Shown in pieces: positions 44,775 through 45,629 of a DNA stretch of 45,629 nt (position 1 is its first letter; each line of letters begins with the position of its first letter). Source of the stretch: a virus (Duplodnaviria; Caudoviricetes). The notes below the pieces were generated by a model. The model saw only the letters and a program-made list of their open reading frames with translations, made no database searches and was not told the origin of the DNA. The translations under genes were made by a program, and so were the position numbers. Location of the stretch: positions 1-45,629 of IMG/VR virus record IMGVR_UViG_3300017716_002065; one strand, written 5' to 3'.

Positions 44775-45533
44775 ATGTCCGACAAGATCAAAGACCCCTA
44801 CACCAACACGCCGTTCGGCGCTCAGGGCGGCAAGCTGGTTGGCGAGCCCCTTGGGAGGGGTGCCATCATGGCTAACACGTTCGCAATCGACAAGCTCATG
44901 GCGGCTCACGTCACTGTGCTGGCGGCTGTGGAGCGTGTGAAAAAACGCGGGCGGAATAAATTCCACAATTACGATTACGCCACTGAGGCTGATCTGGTCG
45001 CTGAGCTTCGTCCCGCTCTCGCTGCCAACGGTCTGGCGCTGTTCCCGTCGCAAACCGCCGTCACTGATACCGATATGTCGGGCAACGTGCGCGTCACGGT
45101 CGAATACACCTACGCTCACGTCTCTGGGCAAATCTGGCCGTGGCCCCTGATCGCTTACGGCGTCGGCAATGATCGCTCCAGCAAGGGCGTGGATGGCGAC
45201 AAGGCCGTCTACAAGGCTCTGACTGGCGCGAACAAATACCTGCTGTTCAAACTCTTCCAGGTTGACACGGGTGATGAGCCCGAGGCTGAGACCACCAGCA
45301 AGGAAGACCTTCCCACGCAGAAGGAGGCCAAGTCAGCCGTCCTCACTCAAGTCGAGGCGTTCGCTGCACAGGTCGCCAAGCTCTTGAACGACGGCGCTAC
45401 CCCTGCCGAAATCTACAAATTCGAGCAGGCGAACAAGTCACGCTTCGACCGCATGCGGAAAGAGTTTGGCGAGGTTCCGTCTGTCAAGGTCGTCTGCGAG
45501 CGAGTTGACAGCATTTACGAGAAGATGGGCTGA
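44775..45533 (+). CDS. ERF-family ssDNA annealing protein
   Basis: VKKRGRNKFHNYDYA, L.P.L..NGL, HVSG, DKAVYKALTGANKYLL.KLF.V.TGD. Confidence 0.85.
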   Translation: MSDKIKDPYTNTPFGAQGGKLVGEPLGRGAIMANTFAIDKLMAAHVTVLAAVERVKKRGRNKFHNYDYATEADLVAELRPALAANGLALFPSQTAVTDTDMSGNVRVTVEYTYAHVSGQIWPWPLIAYGVGNDRSSKGVDGDKAVYKALTGANKYLLFKLFQVDTGDEPEAETTSKEDLPTQKEAKSAVLTQVEAFAAQVAKLLNDGATPAEIYKFEQANKSRFDRMRKEFGEVPSVKVVCERVDSIYEKMG

Positions 45534-45629
45534 TCATGGCAATTCTTTCCCTGTGGGAGACCGGCATTTATATGCAGCGCCCGCTTCATGCACACTCAAC
45601 TTGGGCCAGAACACAGGCCAGCATTGAAC
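45507..45629. repeat. Terminal direct repeat (copy 2)
   Basis: Identical to 1-123. Confidence 0.95.

Noticed and set aside
1-45629. Alternative genetic code (TAG readthrough), tRNA genes, integrase/att site, DNA polymerase
   Set aside because: Core genes are intact in code 11 with TAG used as a stop; no cloverleaf, recombinase or polymerase motifs recognised by eye

Overview
This window is a complete, circularly assembled dsDNA phage genome of about 45.5 kb. Bases 1-123 are identical to 45507-45629, giving a 45,506 bp unit. The late virion module lies on the minus strand (about 4.1-27.0 kb) and has P22-like podovirus architecture: terminase large subunit, portal, scaffold, coat, gp4- and gp10-like head-tail proteins, tail fibres and ejection proteins. 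The plus strand carries early genes (two MoxR-AAA/VWA pairs), replication and recombination genes (SF2 helicase, ERF, YqaJ, primase, SSB, a degenerate SF3-like helicase), a T5 A1-like metallophosphoesterase, several multi-HTH proteins and an M15 endolysin. A truncated GcrA, alphaproteobacterial LexA boxes (GAAC-N7-GAAC) and CtrA-like boxes point to an alphaproteobacterial host. I could not recognise a DNA polymerase, integrase or CI-type repressor. The most notable unexplained items are: (1) a roughly 280-nt highly structured, promoter-flanked RNA candidate between divergent terL and terS-like genes; (2) an 800-bp non-coding hub ahead of the early genes with an 11-bp-phased LexA-box array and CtrA-like boxes, paired with a DNA-binding-less GcrA; (3) six dispersed Trp/His/Cys-rich 45-53 aa micro-ORFs; (4) a P22 gp10-like tail hub split into two genes around a LamG protein and an HNH gene; (5) a catalytically degenerate helicase. 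All family calls come from motif recognition by eye and not from database searches.
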